From a virus, in the UHGV virus genome UHGV-1374997: DNA of 64,000 bases; one strand, 5' to 3'. The position numbers and the translations under genes were made by a program. Position 1 is the stretch's first letter; each line of letters begins with the position of its first letter. Shown here one piece after another: positions 47,170 to 56,760 of this stretch. The notes below the pieces were generated by a model. It saw only the letters and a program-made list of their open reading frames with translations, was not told the DNA's origin and made no database searches.

Positions 47170-47572
47170 TACGCCGCTAAAGCTTGTCCAAAGAGCAGAA
47201 ACAAAACTTTTTCAACTTTTCATAAAGTCTCAAGAAGTAAAAAAATTTTTTGGTGAAAATATCTTTCAGGGGATCGTCGAAGCGAACACCGTAGCTAATA
47301 CTAAACGCTTCGTTCTAATTCATAGAATTTCCGGAGATCCCTTGGATAAAACACTTTCTGATAGGGGAGACTTATTGCGGTCAGTCCGTGTTCAGGTTGA
47401 CGTAATGAGTACCAATTATGCGGAGGCCACAGAGGGCTCTGAAATTATCAGAAGTTTAGCGGAAACGGAGTTTCCATCCTGCGTAGATGGAGATCATTAT
47501 GGAACAACGCAGATTGGACAAAATATTTGGCATATTCAATCTGTAGATTTTATCCTTGAAGAAGGAGCTTAA
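47135..47572 (+). CDS. tail completion / neck protein
   Basis: Position and size. Confidence 0.5.
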   Translation: MKLCVGDFPMLNTPLKLVQRAETKLFQLFIKSQEVKKFFGENIFQGIVEANTVANTKRFVLIHRISGDPLDKTLSDRGDLLRSVRVQVDVMSTNYAEATEGSEIIRSLAETEFPSCVDGDHYGTTQIGQNIWHIQSVDFILEEGA

Positions 47573-47574
47573 CA

Positions 47575-48378
47575 ATGGCTGTATCTTATCAAGCCAGAAC
47601 GAGTAAAGGACTGAAATTCTATCGTGGTACGGGAAATTCCTTTGCTACGGCAGTGTGGGAGCATGTTCCGGGAATTTCAGCTTGGAATGGACCTAATATT
47701 TCCAAGCCCACAATTACCGTTACGACCACTCAATCGGAAGCCGTAGAAAAAATCTCGGATATTCCTGATAACGGTACTATCACTTTTAACGGTTATGTTG
47801 ATGACCTTTGCGAAACGCATCAGAATTTGCTGACGCAAGATTTGTACTCTCGTGATTATCGTCCGTGTAAGGTAGAGTTCCCCACGGGTACGGTTATGTA
47901 CTTCATGGGCCAGCTTACCGGGATGCCGCTTTCTGGTGGCGTCGGTGCTGCGAATACGACCACGTATACTTTCGACGTTTCTGGTAAGATTGAATGGGTT
48001 TTTGGTGGTAAACGCGCCACTCTGAGTTGGGATAGCACACTCGCTGGTACTGAATCGACTGGCGCTGTGACTGGTAAAGTCACTGTAACGCTTATCCCGG
48101 GCAAGGAATCAACCGCTAAATTTACTACGAGCGTTACTAACGACGCGAACTTTACTGCAAATACGCATTATAAATTGGCTAATGTCCCGGCTGGACTTGT
48201 TGGTGCCCTCAAGAAAGTTAGTGATACGGTTGCCGAGTTGTCTTTCACCGGAGCCGCTACTACTAAGGTGGATGTTTCTAACGTCGCCTTGACTTTCATG
48301 GATAGCGCCTTTACTAACGCTGACGCTAACCTCATTTCCGGCAGCACGAAGACCGACATTGCTATTACTTTCGTCTAA
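47575..48378 (+). CDS. major tail protein with C-terminal Ig-like extension
   Basis: Position before the G/GT chaperones; 267 aa. Confidence 0.65.
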   Translation: MAVSYQARTSKGLKFYRGTGNSFATAVWEHVPGISAWNGPNISKPTITVTTTQSEAVEKISDIPDNGTITFNGYVDDLCETHQNLLTQDLYSRDYRPCKVEFPTGTVMYFMGQLTGMPLSGGVGAANTTTYTFDVSGKIEWVFGGKRATLSWDSTLAGTESTGAVTGKVTVTLIPGKESTAKFTTSVTNDANFTANTHYKLANVPAGLVGALKKVSDTVAELSFTGAATTKVDVSNVALTFMDSAFTNADANLISGSTKTDIAITFV

Positions 48379-48449
48379 TCTATAACAACCAAATAAAAGA
48401 GAGGGAGAATTGTCTCCCTCTCGAAAAAAAAATTCAGGAGAGGAATTAT

Positions 48450-48821
48450 ATGGCTATTCTTACTATCGAAAAGTTTGCGGAACTGCGTAACAGTCTTACT
48501 GTTGTGAAAGACAAGTTTTACATCCCCGTGTGGGACGCGGAAGTTTACATGCGTAGACTGAGCGCCGGGGAAGCAATGAAAATTTATAGTCGCGCCGAGA
48601 AAGTTCAAGACGAGGATAAAAAGGTCGAAGAATATAACTTTGCGATGTATCGTATGGTTATTGCTTGCCTTGTCGATGAGAACGGCAACCAGATGCTTAC
48701 CGAGAATGACATTAACTGGCTTTTGAGTCAGGATGTTCAGGTTGTTACTGCCTTGGTCGAAGCCGCGTCCAAAATGAATACCATCAATGAAAAGGCTCAG
48801 GAAGAGGCTGAAAAAAACTAA
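48450..48821 (+). CDS. tail assembly chaperone (gpG-like)
   Basis: Ends at slippery A_AAA_AAC (48811-48817). Confidence 0.7.
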   Translation: MAILTIEKFAELRNSLTVVKDKFYIPVWDAEVYMRRLSAGEAMKIYSRAEKVQDEDKKVEEYNFAMYRMVIACLVDENGNQMLTENDINWLLSQDVQVVTALVEAASKMNTINEKAQEEAEKN

Positions 48822-49060
48822 CAACTGGCTGGCTTTGGATGTTCGCGTATTCTCTTGCGCGTGATCTTCATATGACGGTAAATCAGCTTTTAGAAAATAT
48901 GGACGTAGAAGAGTTCATGGGATGGGTTGCTTACCATAAGATTAAAAATGAAGAACAAGAGAATGAAGAAGGGGGTCAATCTCCTAGAAAAAGAGAAATG
49001 ACCCCCGAAGAACAAGAAAAGGCGATGTTCGCTCTTTATGGCGGAAAAGTTATTGAATAA
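48812..49060 (+). CDS. -1 frameshift extension producing a gpGT-like fusion
   Basis: -1 frame open from 48812; heptamer AAAAAAC in correct register. Confidence 0.6.
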   Translation, partial: KKLTTGWLWMFAYSLARDLHMTVNQLLENMDVEEFMGWVAYHKIKNEEQENEEGGQSPRKREMTPEEQEKAMFALYGGKVIE

Positions 49061-49069
49061 AAAAGTCGT

Positions 49070-49330
49070 CTACTTCTTCACAGCGTTTTCTTTATCCAGC
49101 CGTTTGCGTGCTTCCCATTCTTTACGCATTGAAACAATCTGATTGATGCCCGGAATAATTGCGCTTTTGACTAACGCATGGCAACTCAATGCCACATACA
49201 AACCGATTATGCCTAACTTTGTACCATAAGGTTTTCCGTTCACGTCCGCAAAAACGCCAAAGGCAAAAATCAAGGCACCAATGATTTCAACAGAAACAAA
49301 GACCCTAAGCAAAACGTAAAATTTTTTCAT
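49070..49330 (-). CDS. small membrane protein (86 aa, 2 TM), opposite-strand moron inside the tail module
   Basis: Strong SD AAGGGAGA + ATG. Confidence 0.6.
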   Translation of the reverse strand: MKKFYVLLRVFVSVEIIGALIFAFGVFADVNGKPYGTKLGIIGLYVALSCHALVKSAIIPGINQIVSMRKEWEARKRLDKENAVKK

Positions 49331-49373
49331 TTTTATTCTCCCTTAAAAAGCCCGTAATGGATTGGAGGTGTAC

Positions 49374-49949
49374 ATGGCTTTTAATGTACAACAACTCCCG
49401 CTCAAACTTCTCTCTGAAATTTCATTTCAAATAGAGACGGAGGGTGCGAAAGTCCTTACGGGCTTTTCTAATGCGCTCCGTCTTGAGATGATAAAAAATG
49501 CTAAAAGTGTCCCCCTTTCCAAGAACCCTTGGTACGTAACGCCCAATGAAAATTTTAGAGAAACGCCATTTGTCCGTCCATCAAAAAGAATACCGAAAAA
49601 AGCCAAACTTGTTGACGCTGGAGCTTGGTATGCACACTTTCTTGAATACGGTACGGAGCCCCATGTTGTCAAGGGAAAAAGAAGTCCTAAAAAATGGATG
49701 CGATATGAAGACAAACTTGGCGTACCTCCCGGTATAGTATTCAGAGATCCAGCTACGAAAGAAATTATCAGATTTACGGAAAGAAGTAAAGTAGACGGAA
49801 AAGTCTACGTTTTTTCAAAAAAAGAAGAGCATGGCATTCCCGGTAAATCCACGCCAAACCCTTTTCAACCTGCGGGATATGTGCGTAAAACTGCGGACTC
49901 AGCCGAAAAAGTGCTTGAAAAATATTTGTCCACGGAAGAGGGATCTTAA
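49374..49949 (+). CDS. HK97 gp10-family tail component
   Basis: AGAWYAHFLEYGTEPH motif; start refined to ATG 49374 after GGAGGTG. Confidence 0.6.
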   Translation: MAFNVQQLPLKLLSEISFQIETEGAKVLTGFSNALRLEMIKNAKSVPLSKNPWYVTPNENFRETPFVRPSKRIPKKAKLVDAGAWYAHFLEYGTEPHVVKGKRSPKKWMRYEDKLGVPPGIVFRDPATKEIIRFTERSKVDGKVYVFSKKEEHGIPGKSTPNPFQPAGYVRKTADSAEKVLEKYLSTEEGS

Positions 49950-52900
49950 TGGCGACTAAAAGACTCACACGGCTAGTTATTCCGGTGGAGCTTGACGATA
50001 GTAAAACAGCAAGCACTCTCACCAATCTTAAAGAAGTAATCACTCAAACAAGCCAGCAAATTTCTCGGAGCATGGAGAAAGCCCTGCCCGTTGCTGATAT
50101 TACTAATGCTTCTATAAATATTATCAGGTCAATCGGAAGTATTCAAGCGTCCGCCAAAACCGCCGCCGCAGGAATTAAAAGTGAGACTGATAAAATTGGG
50201 AACGCTCTGCAAGGTGCTTTCGGCGTAGATGCGACGAAAGCGTCTTCTATGATGCAAAAATTCCTTGAGATGCGCGGTGTTGAAAGGGCGGTAACTCAGT
50301 TAAAACGGATGCAGCGTGAGTATGGGCTTACATCCGCCGAAGCTATTGAGTTTGCGAAAAGCATCAATGCGTCTGACGAGGTTCTTCGTCGATTTGCTGA
50401 CACTCAGGAACGCACAAAACAGGGTGGTAGAGGCGTTTCCGGGCTTCTTACGCCGTATTCCCTTACTTCTGGTGTTCAAGCCGCAGCGGGCGCTGTAGGT
50501 GTTTCTTTCGGTATGTACGGAATGGTCGAGCTTACCAAGTCCGTATTTAACGCTACCACCGCTCTTGATAGCTTACAGCTTTCTTTCAAGTCGATTTACG
50601 GAGAATCCGCAGTAGCCGAGCAATCCCTCGGATTTGTACGTAAAGTAAGTGATGAACTTGGATTGTCTTTTATCGACACTGCGCAAGCTGCAAAAGCTCT
50701 GTTCGCTTCCGCGAAAGGCACTGTCTTAGAAAACGACGCTCAGATGATTTTTAAAAGCTTCTCCCAGATGGGCGTTGCGCTTAAACTCACTGGCGAACAG
50801 ATGGATTCCGTGTTCCTCGCTATCTCTCAGATGATTTCTAAGGGTAAGGTCAGCGCGGAAGAACTTAGATTACAGCTTTCTGAAAGAATGCCCGGTGCAG
50901 TGAATCTTTTTGCGAAAGCTATTGGAGTGACCACAAAACAACTTGACGATATGCTCCAAAAAGGCGAAGTTGGACTTGAACATCTTCGTACCTTTGCGGA
51001 AGAAGTCGGAAAGACGTATGCTAAGGGAGCGGAAGAAGCTTCTCACGGTTTACAAGCCGAGCTTAACAGGTTGGCTACTGCATGGTTTGACCTCAAATCC
51101 GCAATGATGGATTCCGAGGGCGCGGCAGCTTTTATTCGTGTACTTACGGAAATTACGAAATTCATTGGGCAGAACATTGATTCAATAATGAATTTCGTAA
51201 AGTGGCTTGGAATCGTATATGCGACGCTTAAAGTCACTACGGCTTTCGGTGTTGCGGTAGATGCGCTCAAGAATCTCAGAACTGCTTTCACGCTGACAGG
51301 AGTAGCCGCAGCAGAAGCGTCCGGCATAATGAAAGCCGCGCAAGCCGTAATCGCTAAATTCGCACTTGCTTTTAACGCCAATCCTATCGCACTTACTGTC
51401 ACCGCGCTAGTCGCTGTAGGTACTGCGGCATACGCTCTTAGCAACCAGATGTCTGACTCCGAAAAGTTTATTTCCGGATATGCCAAGAGCTTCGACGAGA
51501 TTGCCAGTAAGTCTGAAAAGGCTGCGGCAAGCCAGAACAATCTTTCAAATTCCAATAAACGACTCCAAGAACAATATCTTAGCGGTGAATACGTAAAGCG
51601 CCAGATGGACTTTATCCAAGCCCTTCAAGAGCTTCCTAACGTATTCTCTTCTACTAAGGTGATTAGTTTTTTTGATTCCATACTCGGGCCTCTTTCCGAT
51701 ACTGATTCAGAAGCTCTCTTTACATTAAGAAGTCAAGCCGTTAAGCTTGCTAAAGAGACTCGTGATGCTATTGATAAAGCATTAAACGAAGAAACCGACC
51801 CGAAAGCCAGAGATGAAATGATTAAGAACACTCTTGATCGTTTCAAGATCATGTTCCGTACTATCAAAGATGGCATGAAAGAAGCTGGTGCATCTGACGA
51901 AGTTATTAAGCAATGGGACAATTTCGGTGGGGCCATTCTCAATGCGAAAGATACCGCAGATGCAGCTAAAGCGGCGTTGGAAGCGCTCACCGGAGAAGCG
52001 AACAAAAGCGGAAACAGCATAGCTAAATTCGCGGAAGCCTATGAAGCTATTCGTAAAGGAACAAAGACCACAGAATTTGGCAAGCAGCTTGCCGGGCAGG
52101 AAGACTTCGAGGCTCAGATTCGCGGACTTCTCCAGATGTCCGAAGCTCAAGAGCAACTAGAGAGCAAGACTCGGAATCTCCTCGCAGCATATACCGAACA
52201 GCAGAACGCCAATACTTTGACCGAAGAAAAGATGAGAGAGCTTGAATCAGCTTTTGATTCTATGTCTAGTCAGTCCGGTCAACTTGACAATGCTTTCCGG
52301 CTTGTAGCTGAGGCGGCAGTATCCTCTGGAGCGGACGCTTCTACTCTCGATTCAATTATTGAAAAACTTGGGGAGACTTTCCATCTTTCATCTCAGGATA
52401 TTGACGAGTTTAGAACAAAACTAAATTCTGCGTTGTCTGTTGCGGCACTCCAATCTGCGGAACAAAAACTCGCTGCTATTGAAGGTAAATTAGCAACAGT
52501 AGGGAGTAAGACCTCTCGTGCTGCTTTGACTACCCTTTCATCAATGAAAGAACTTCAAAAAGGGCAGGAGAAACAGATATTAGAAGCTATAGAATCCGGC
52601 GATTTTACGAATCTCCTTAATGCACAAGGAAATAAAATAGCCGAAGATGTAGCTAAAGTTTATAAAGAAATTGCGGAAAAATCCGAAGCTCTTGTTACTG
52701 CGGAAGAGGCTAATCGCAAAGCAAAAAGAGACGCAAATAAAAAGCCAAAGAAAATCCCTGAATTTGATATTGAAGGATTTGATGTTCGCGTACAGAAGTT
52801 ATTTGGAACCGAAACGAACTTCGCAAAAATTGTTGAAGCCGAAATTGAAAAATTAAACGCTTCACTGGCTACACATAAACTTGATATTAAAAAAGTCGCG

Positions 52901-54049
52901 GAAATCTATAAAGACGAGCTTCCTGATGGATTACATTCCGTTGCCGAGGCGCAAGAGTTCCTGAGCAACAAGCTCAAAGAAGGATTGTTCGCCAAGCAAG
53001 CGGAAAAAGAAAAGAAAGCCGTCGATGATCTTCGTGAAAAATTGATGGACTTTGAAAGGGCTTATTCTGAAATCGTTTCGGGCGATAAGGGTGAAGCCGC
53101 ACTTAAATCCTATGAAAAGCAATCTAAGCAATGGAAAGACACTGCTGAGAAGCTCTATAGGTCTATATCTAATTCCGCATTTTCTTCCGCAGAAGAAAGA
53201 ATTGCTGCTGAACAAGAATATGCTGATACGGTTGCCCGTATTGATGAATGGATGGCGGAACAGAGAATCCGTACTTCTGGTGGTGTTTTAGATAATCTGA
53301 AACTCGGTATCAAAGACTACTATGATCAGCACAAGAACTATGCTCTTGGATTGGGTGAAGTAGTAACATCTACCACAGATAGTATGGCAGCCGCCTTATC
53401 TGATTTTGTGGTAGGAGGTATGCGAGACTTTAAGTCCTTCGGAGAGGCATTTGATAGCTTGGTCAATGACATGATCAGAAGCCTGTCAAAATTGCTTGCG
53501 CAACAGCTTATGTCCGGCATTCTCCAATCTGCGCTTGGCCTCTTCACCGGAGGTATTGGCGGTGGAGGCGGTGCCGATAATGCGGTTTCATTCTCGTCTT
53601 GGTTCGGCGGTATTAATAGAAAAGCCAATGGTGGCGTGATGACTGGAATTTCTGGTCATAGCAATTCGATAGTAACTTCACCGACTCTTTTCTCTTACGG
53701 AAAAGAAATCAGCCAGTATGCCAATGGTGCTGGATTGATGGGAGAAGCTGGACCCGAAGCTATTATGCCTTTGACGAGAACAAGCTCAGGTAAACTCGGC
53801 GTCATTTCTAAACGAGAAAATGAGTCGAGCCGACCCACATCTTCTTCATCTTCCGAGGTGTTTGTAAATGTTTATAACTCTACTGGTCAAAAGGCACAAA
53901 CCAAACAAACTCAGAATGCAAATGGGTCAAAAAGCATAGATGTTATAATTGGTGATGTCGCCGCACAGCAGATGCTTACTCCCGGCACCAAAGCCAATTA
54001 TGCTATCAGAACTCAAACCGGGGCTACTCCCCCGACGATTAAGCGGTGA
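49949..54049 (+). CDS. tail tape measure protein (1366 aa)
   Basis: Size, alpha-helical repeats, glycine-rich region, position. Confidence 0.9.
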   Translation: MATKRLTRLVIPVELDDSKTASTLTNLKEVITQTSQQISRSMEKALPVADITNASINIIRSIGSIQASAKTAAAGIKSETDKIGNALQGAFGVDATKASSMMQKFLEMRGVERAVTQLKRMQREYGLTSAEAIEFAKSINASDEVLRRFADTQERTKQGGRGVSGLLTPYSLTSGVQAAAGAVGVSFGMYGMVELTKSVFNATTALDSLQLSFKSIYGESAVAEQSLGFVRKVSDELGLSFIDTAQAAKALFASAKGTVLENDAQMIFKSFSQMGVALKLTGEQMDSVFLAISQMISKGKVSAEELRLQLSERMPGAVNLFAKAIGVTTKQLDDMLQKGEVGLEHLRTFAEEVGKTYAKGAEEASHGLQAELNRLATAWFDLKSAMMDSEGAAAFIRVLTEITKFIGQNIDSIMNFVKWLGIVYATLKVTTAFGVAVDALKNLRTAFTLTGVAAAEASGIMKAAQAVIAKFALAFNANPIALTVTALVAVGTAAYALSNQMSDSEKFISGYAKSFDEIASKSEKAAASQNNLSNSNKRLQEQYLSGEYVKRQMDFIQALQELPNVFSSTKVISFFDSILGPLSDTDSEALFTLRSQAVKLAKETRDAIDKALNEETDPKARDEMIKNTLDRFKIMFRTIKDGMKEAGASDEVIKQWDNFGGAILNAKDTADAAKAALEALTGEANKSGNSIAKFAEAYEAIRKGTKTTEFGKQLAGQEDFEAQIRGLLQMSEAQEQLESKTRNLLAAYTEQQNANTLTEEKMRELESAFDSMSSQSGQLDNAFRLVAEAAVSSGADASTLDSIIEKLGETFHLSSQDIDEFRTKLNSALSVAALQSAEQKLAAIEGKLATVGSKTSRAALTTLSSMKELQKGQEKQILEAIESGDFTNLLNAQGNKIAEDVAKVYKEIAEKSEALVTAEEANRKAKRDANKKPKKIPEFDIEGFDVRVQKLFGTETNFAKIVEAEIEKLNASLATHKLDIKKVAEIYKDELPDGLHSVAEAQEFLSNKLKEGLFAKQAEKEKKAVDDLREKLMDFERAYSEIVSGDKGEAALKSYEKQSKQWKDTAEKLYRSISNSAFSSAEERIAAEQEYADTVARIDEWMAEQRIRTSGGVLDNLKLGIKDYYDQHKNYALGLGEVVTSTTDSMAAALSDFVVGGMRDFKSFGEAFDSLVNDMIRSLSKLLAQQLMSGILQSALGLFTGGIGGGGGADNAVSFSSWFGGINRKANGGVMTGISGHSNSIVTSPTLFSYGKEISQYANGAGLMGEAGPEAIMPLTRTSSGKLGVISKRENESSRPTSSSSSEVFVNVYNSTGQKAQTKQTQNANGSKSIDVIIGDVAAQQMLTPGTKANYAIRTQTGATPPTIKR

Positions 54050-54053
54050 TTAT

Positions 54054-54440
54054 ATGAGTATTACTTGGCCCGCAGATCTTCCTCAAGTACCCTTCGCAGA
54101 CGGAGGGTACTCCGAATCAATGCCGTCCAACCTTCTTGTGTCTACTATGGATACAGGTCCGAGTAAAGTTAGACGGAGGGGAAGCGCGACTCCCGGAAAA
54201 ATGAATGTATCTTTTAAAATGACTACGGCAGCTACTAAAAAATTAGAAACCTTTATCCGAACAATTCTTGGCGGTGGGGCAAAAGCCTTTGAATTTCCTC
54301 ATCCTAGACTTGACAAAAATGTAAAAGTACGTATAATGCCGAAGTCGGACACGGAATTGTATGAAATAAATTTCATCGCTCCCGGCCTATGGAAAGTAGA
54401 TTTTACCTTTGAGGTTTTTTACGATGCCCCTCTCGCCTAG
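54054..54440 (+). CDS. minor tail protein, lambda gpM-like
   Basis: VPFADGGYSESMPS and FEFPHPRLDKNVKV parallel gpM blocks. Confidence 0.65.
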   Translation: MSITWPADLPQVPFADGGYSESMPSNLLVSTMDTGPSKVRRRGSATPGKMNVSFKMTTAATKKLETFIRTILGGGAKAFEFPHPRLDKNVKVRIMPKSDTELYEINFIAPGLWKVDFTFEVFYDAPLA

Positions 54441-54945
54441 TACGGTGGCGTCGATGATGGCGCAGGAAACGGATAACGCCGACATAGTTCTTTTGACAAT
54501 TACGCATCCAAGCTGGACGGAACCTATTTATCTATCGTCCGACCCTACGGTTTTTCTTAGGAATGATACGGAAACTAATCTTCCTATCTACGGAACGATA
54601 TCCCGTGGCAAAGAATTTCTTTATATTCCCATGAGAGCTATTGCCCCGGACTCCAGACAAGAGACACCTCCTGAATGCAAAATTTCAATCGACAATGTTT
54701 CTCGGTATATAGCACCGTATCTTGTTAAAACAGATCGACGCACTCCTAAAGTAACTTTTGAAATAGTTACCACCGCTTTTCCGGATATTGTTGATACTGT
54801 GTATCCGGAATTTGATTTATCTTCCGTAACAATCAACGCCCAAACTGTAGATGCCAGCATTTCCTTGAATACGGCTTCTCAAGAGCCCGTGCCGTGGCTT
54901 AGATTTGTGCAAGCATACTTTTACAGTCTTTTTTATAATGGATAA
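54409..54945 (+). CDS. minor tail protein, lambda gpL-like (no C-terminal Cys cluster)
   Basis: ADIVLLTITHPSWTEPIYLSS block like the gpL N-domain; ends exactly where the IS element begins. Confidence 0.6.
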   Translation: MRFFTMPLSPSTVASMMAQETDNADIVLLTITHPSWTEPIYLSSDPTVFLRNDTETNLPIYGTISRGKEFLYIPMRAIAPDSRQETPPECKISIDNVSRYIAPYLVKTDRRTPKVTFEIVTTAFPDIVDTVYPEFDLSSVTINAQTVDASISLNTASQEPVPWLRFVQAYFYSLFYNG

Positions 54946-56208
54946 GGCGCACCTTGACCGGAATTTTTACTCTGAAAGTATCTCTTAACATTTCCCTATA
55001 AACTGAGTATAATTTAATCATGAAAAGAATGCAAGCATATAAATTCCAGTTACGTCCTAAAGCCAAGCAAGCAAATCTCATGTTGGGTTTTGCCGGATGC
55101 TGTCGCTTTGTATGGAATAAGGCGCTTGCATTAGAGAAAGAAACCTATCAAGAGGAGGGCAAACGTCTTGGGTATTATAAACTTGCTGGTTTGCTCAAAG
55201 ATTGGAAAAAGGAAGAAGAAACATCTTTTCTTGCTAGAGCACACTCTCAGATATTGCAGCAGGTACTAAAAGATCTTGATCGGGCTTACAAAAATTTTTT
55301 TGAGAAGCGTGCGGATTTTCCACGATTCAAGAAGAAGGGTGCCCACAATACCTTTCGATATCCGCAAGGCTTCAAGTTGGATGAAGGAAATAGTCGCGTT
55401 TATCTTCCCAAAATAGGTTGGGTGCGTTACAGAAAAAGCAGGGCTATAGAAGGGACGCTAAAGCAAGTAGCGGTTTCTCTTTCTGCCGGAGAGTGGTATG
55501 TCTCCATCCTGACTGAGAGGGAAGTAGTTGAACATATCCATCCCTCTCAAAGCTCTATTGGTATTGATATGGGTGTTGCCCATTTTGCAATGCTCTCTGA
55601 TGGAAGCACAATTGAACCGTTGAACAGCTTTCGCAAATATGAAAAGAAGTTGGCAAAACTGCAACGCAAACAAGCGAGATGCAAAAAGTTTTCCGCCAAC
55701 TGGCAAAAGGTCAAATCACGCATTCAACGCTTGCACCTCCACATAGCTAATGCTCGCAAGGACTTTTTGCACAAGGCAAGCACAATGATTAGCAAAAACC
55801 ACGCTGTTGTTGTACTTGAAGACTTGAAAGTGCGGAATATGTCCAGCTCAAAGACCGGAGGAAAACGCAAGTCAGGATTGAATAAATCTATATTGGATCA
55901 AGGGTGGTTTGAGTTCCGGCGGCAACTGTCTTACAAGCTGGCATGGATGGGTGGATCTTTGACCGCAATTCCTCCTCAGTATACCAGCCAGACCTGTAGC
56001 CGTTGCGGATGTGTAGATAAACAAAACAGACAAACGCAAGCCAAGTTTAAATGTATAGCTTGCGGATTTGAGATTAACGCCGATCACAATGCGGCGTTGA
56101 ATATCTTGGCGGCAGGGCTTGCCGTTACAGCCTGTGGAGCGGGAAAGGCTCAAGCGCCCGCGTTGAATCAGGAACCCGCCTATAGTTTGGCCTAATTGGG
56201 CTTTACTG
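54946..56208 (+). mobile_element. IS200/IS605-family TnpB-only insertion element (boundaries approximate)
   Basis: 74-bp left end, tnpB, about 13-bp right end before the triplicated target segment. Confidence 0.55.
55020..56195 (+). CDS. tnpB: TnpB (OrfB) RNA-guided nuclease, IS605 family
   Basis: RuvC-like motifs and C-terminal zinc finger CSRCGCVDKQNRQTQAKFKCIACGFEINADHNAALNI. Confidence 0.85.
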   Translation: MKRMQAYKFQLRPKAKQANLMLGFAGCCRFVWNKALALEKETYQEEGKRLGYYKLAGLLKDWKKEEETSFLARAHSQILQQVLKDLDRAYKNFFEKRADFPRFKKKGAHNTFRYPQGFKLDEGNSRVYLPKIGWVRYRKSRAIEGTLKQVAVSLSAGEWYVSILTEREVVEHIHPSQSSIGIDMGVAHFAMLSDGSTIEPLNSFRKYEKKLAKLQRKQARCKKFSANWQKVKSRIQRLHLHIANARKDFLHKASTMISKNHAVVVLEDLKVRNMSSSKTGGKRKSGLNKSILDQGWFEFRRQLSYKLAWMGGSLTAIPPQYTSQTCSRCGCVDKQNRQTQAKFKCIACGFEINADHNAALNILAAGLAVTACGAGKAQAPALNQEPAYSLA

Positions 56209-56383
56209 ATAGGAATCCCTTGTTTGTAAGAATAAGGGAGGATGCCAAAACGGATAAAATATGAAAATGAGAGACAAATTTTCAAAATACACAGTAATCC
56301 TCCAACTTTAGGCTGGACAGGATGCCAAAACGGATAAAACATGAAAATGAGAGACAAGTTTTCAAAATACATAGGAATCCCTT
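56209..56383 (+). repeat. rearranged target segment: ATAGGAATCCCTT x2 (56209, 56371) and 51-bp RBS+start-codon block x2 (56240-56290, 56320-56370; 2 mismatches)
   Basis: Direct reading; first copy encodes decoy MKMRDKFSKYTVILQL*. Confidence 0.8.
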
Positions 56384-56760
56384 TTGTGGATCACGGAATA
56401 ACTTCCGAAGGCTGTGATTGCTACGGCCTTGTGCTTCTCGTGTATAAAGAGGAGCTTGGCATTGATCTTCCGTGGCTCGGGGATTCCTATTCTCATGCGT
56501 ATCGTAGAAAAGACGTAAACTCCACGGTAAAAAAGAACATTGATCTTGGTTGCTATATAGACGTTACGAATGAGCCTCGCAAACCTCTTGATATTATTAT
56601 TTTTAGGACTGGAGGTCTTGAAACACATATCGGACTTTGGGTTGAGGATGGATGGCTTTTGGACATACTTGAAGGGGCGCATAGTACGATTCGTAGGTAC
56701 GATACGTCCGAATGGAAAAACAGAATTACGAGAATTTTGAGGCACGTAGATGCGCGGTAA
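56341..56760 (+). CDS. NlpC/P60 (C40) peptidase, lambda gpK-like tail tip protein
   Basis: Catalytic Cys motif EGCDCYGLV and downstream His. Confidence 0.7.
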   Translation: MKMRDKFSKYIGIPFVDHGITSEGCDCYGLVLLVYKEELGIDLPWLGDSYSHAYRRKDVNSTVKKNIDLGCYIDVTNEPRKPLDIIIFRTGGLETHIGLWVEDGWLLDILEGAHSTIRRYDTSEWKNRITRILRHVDAR

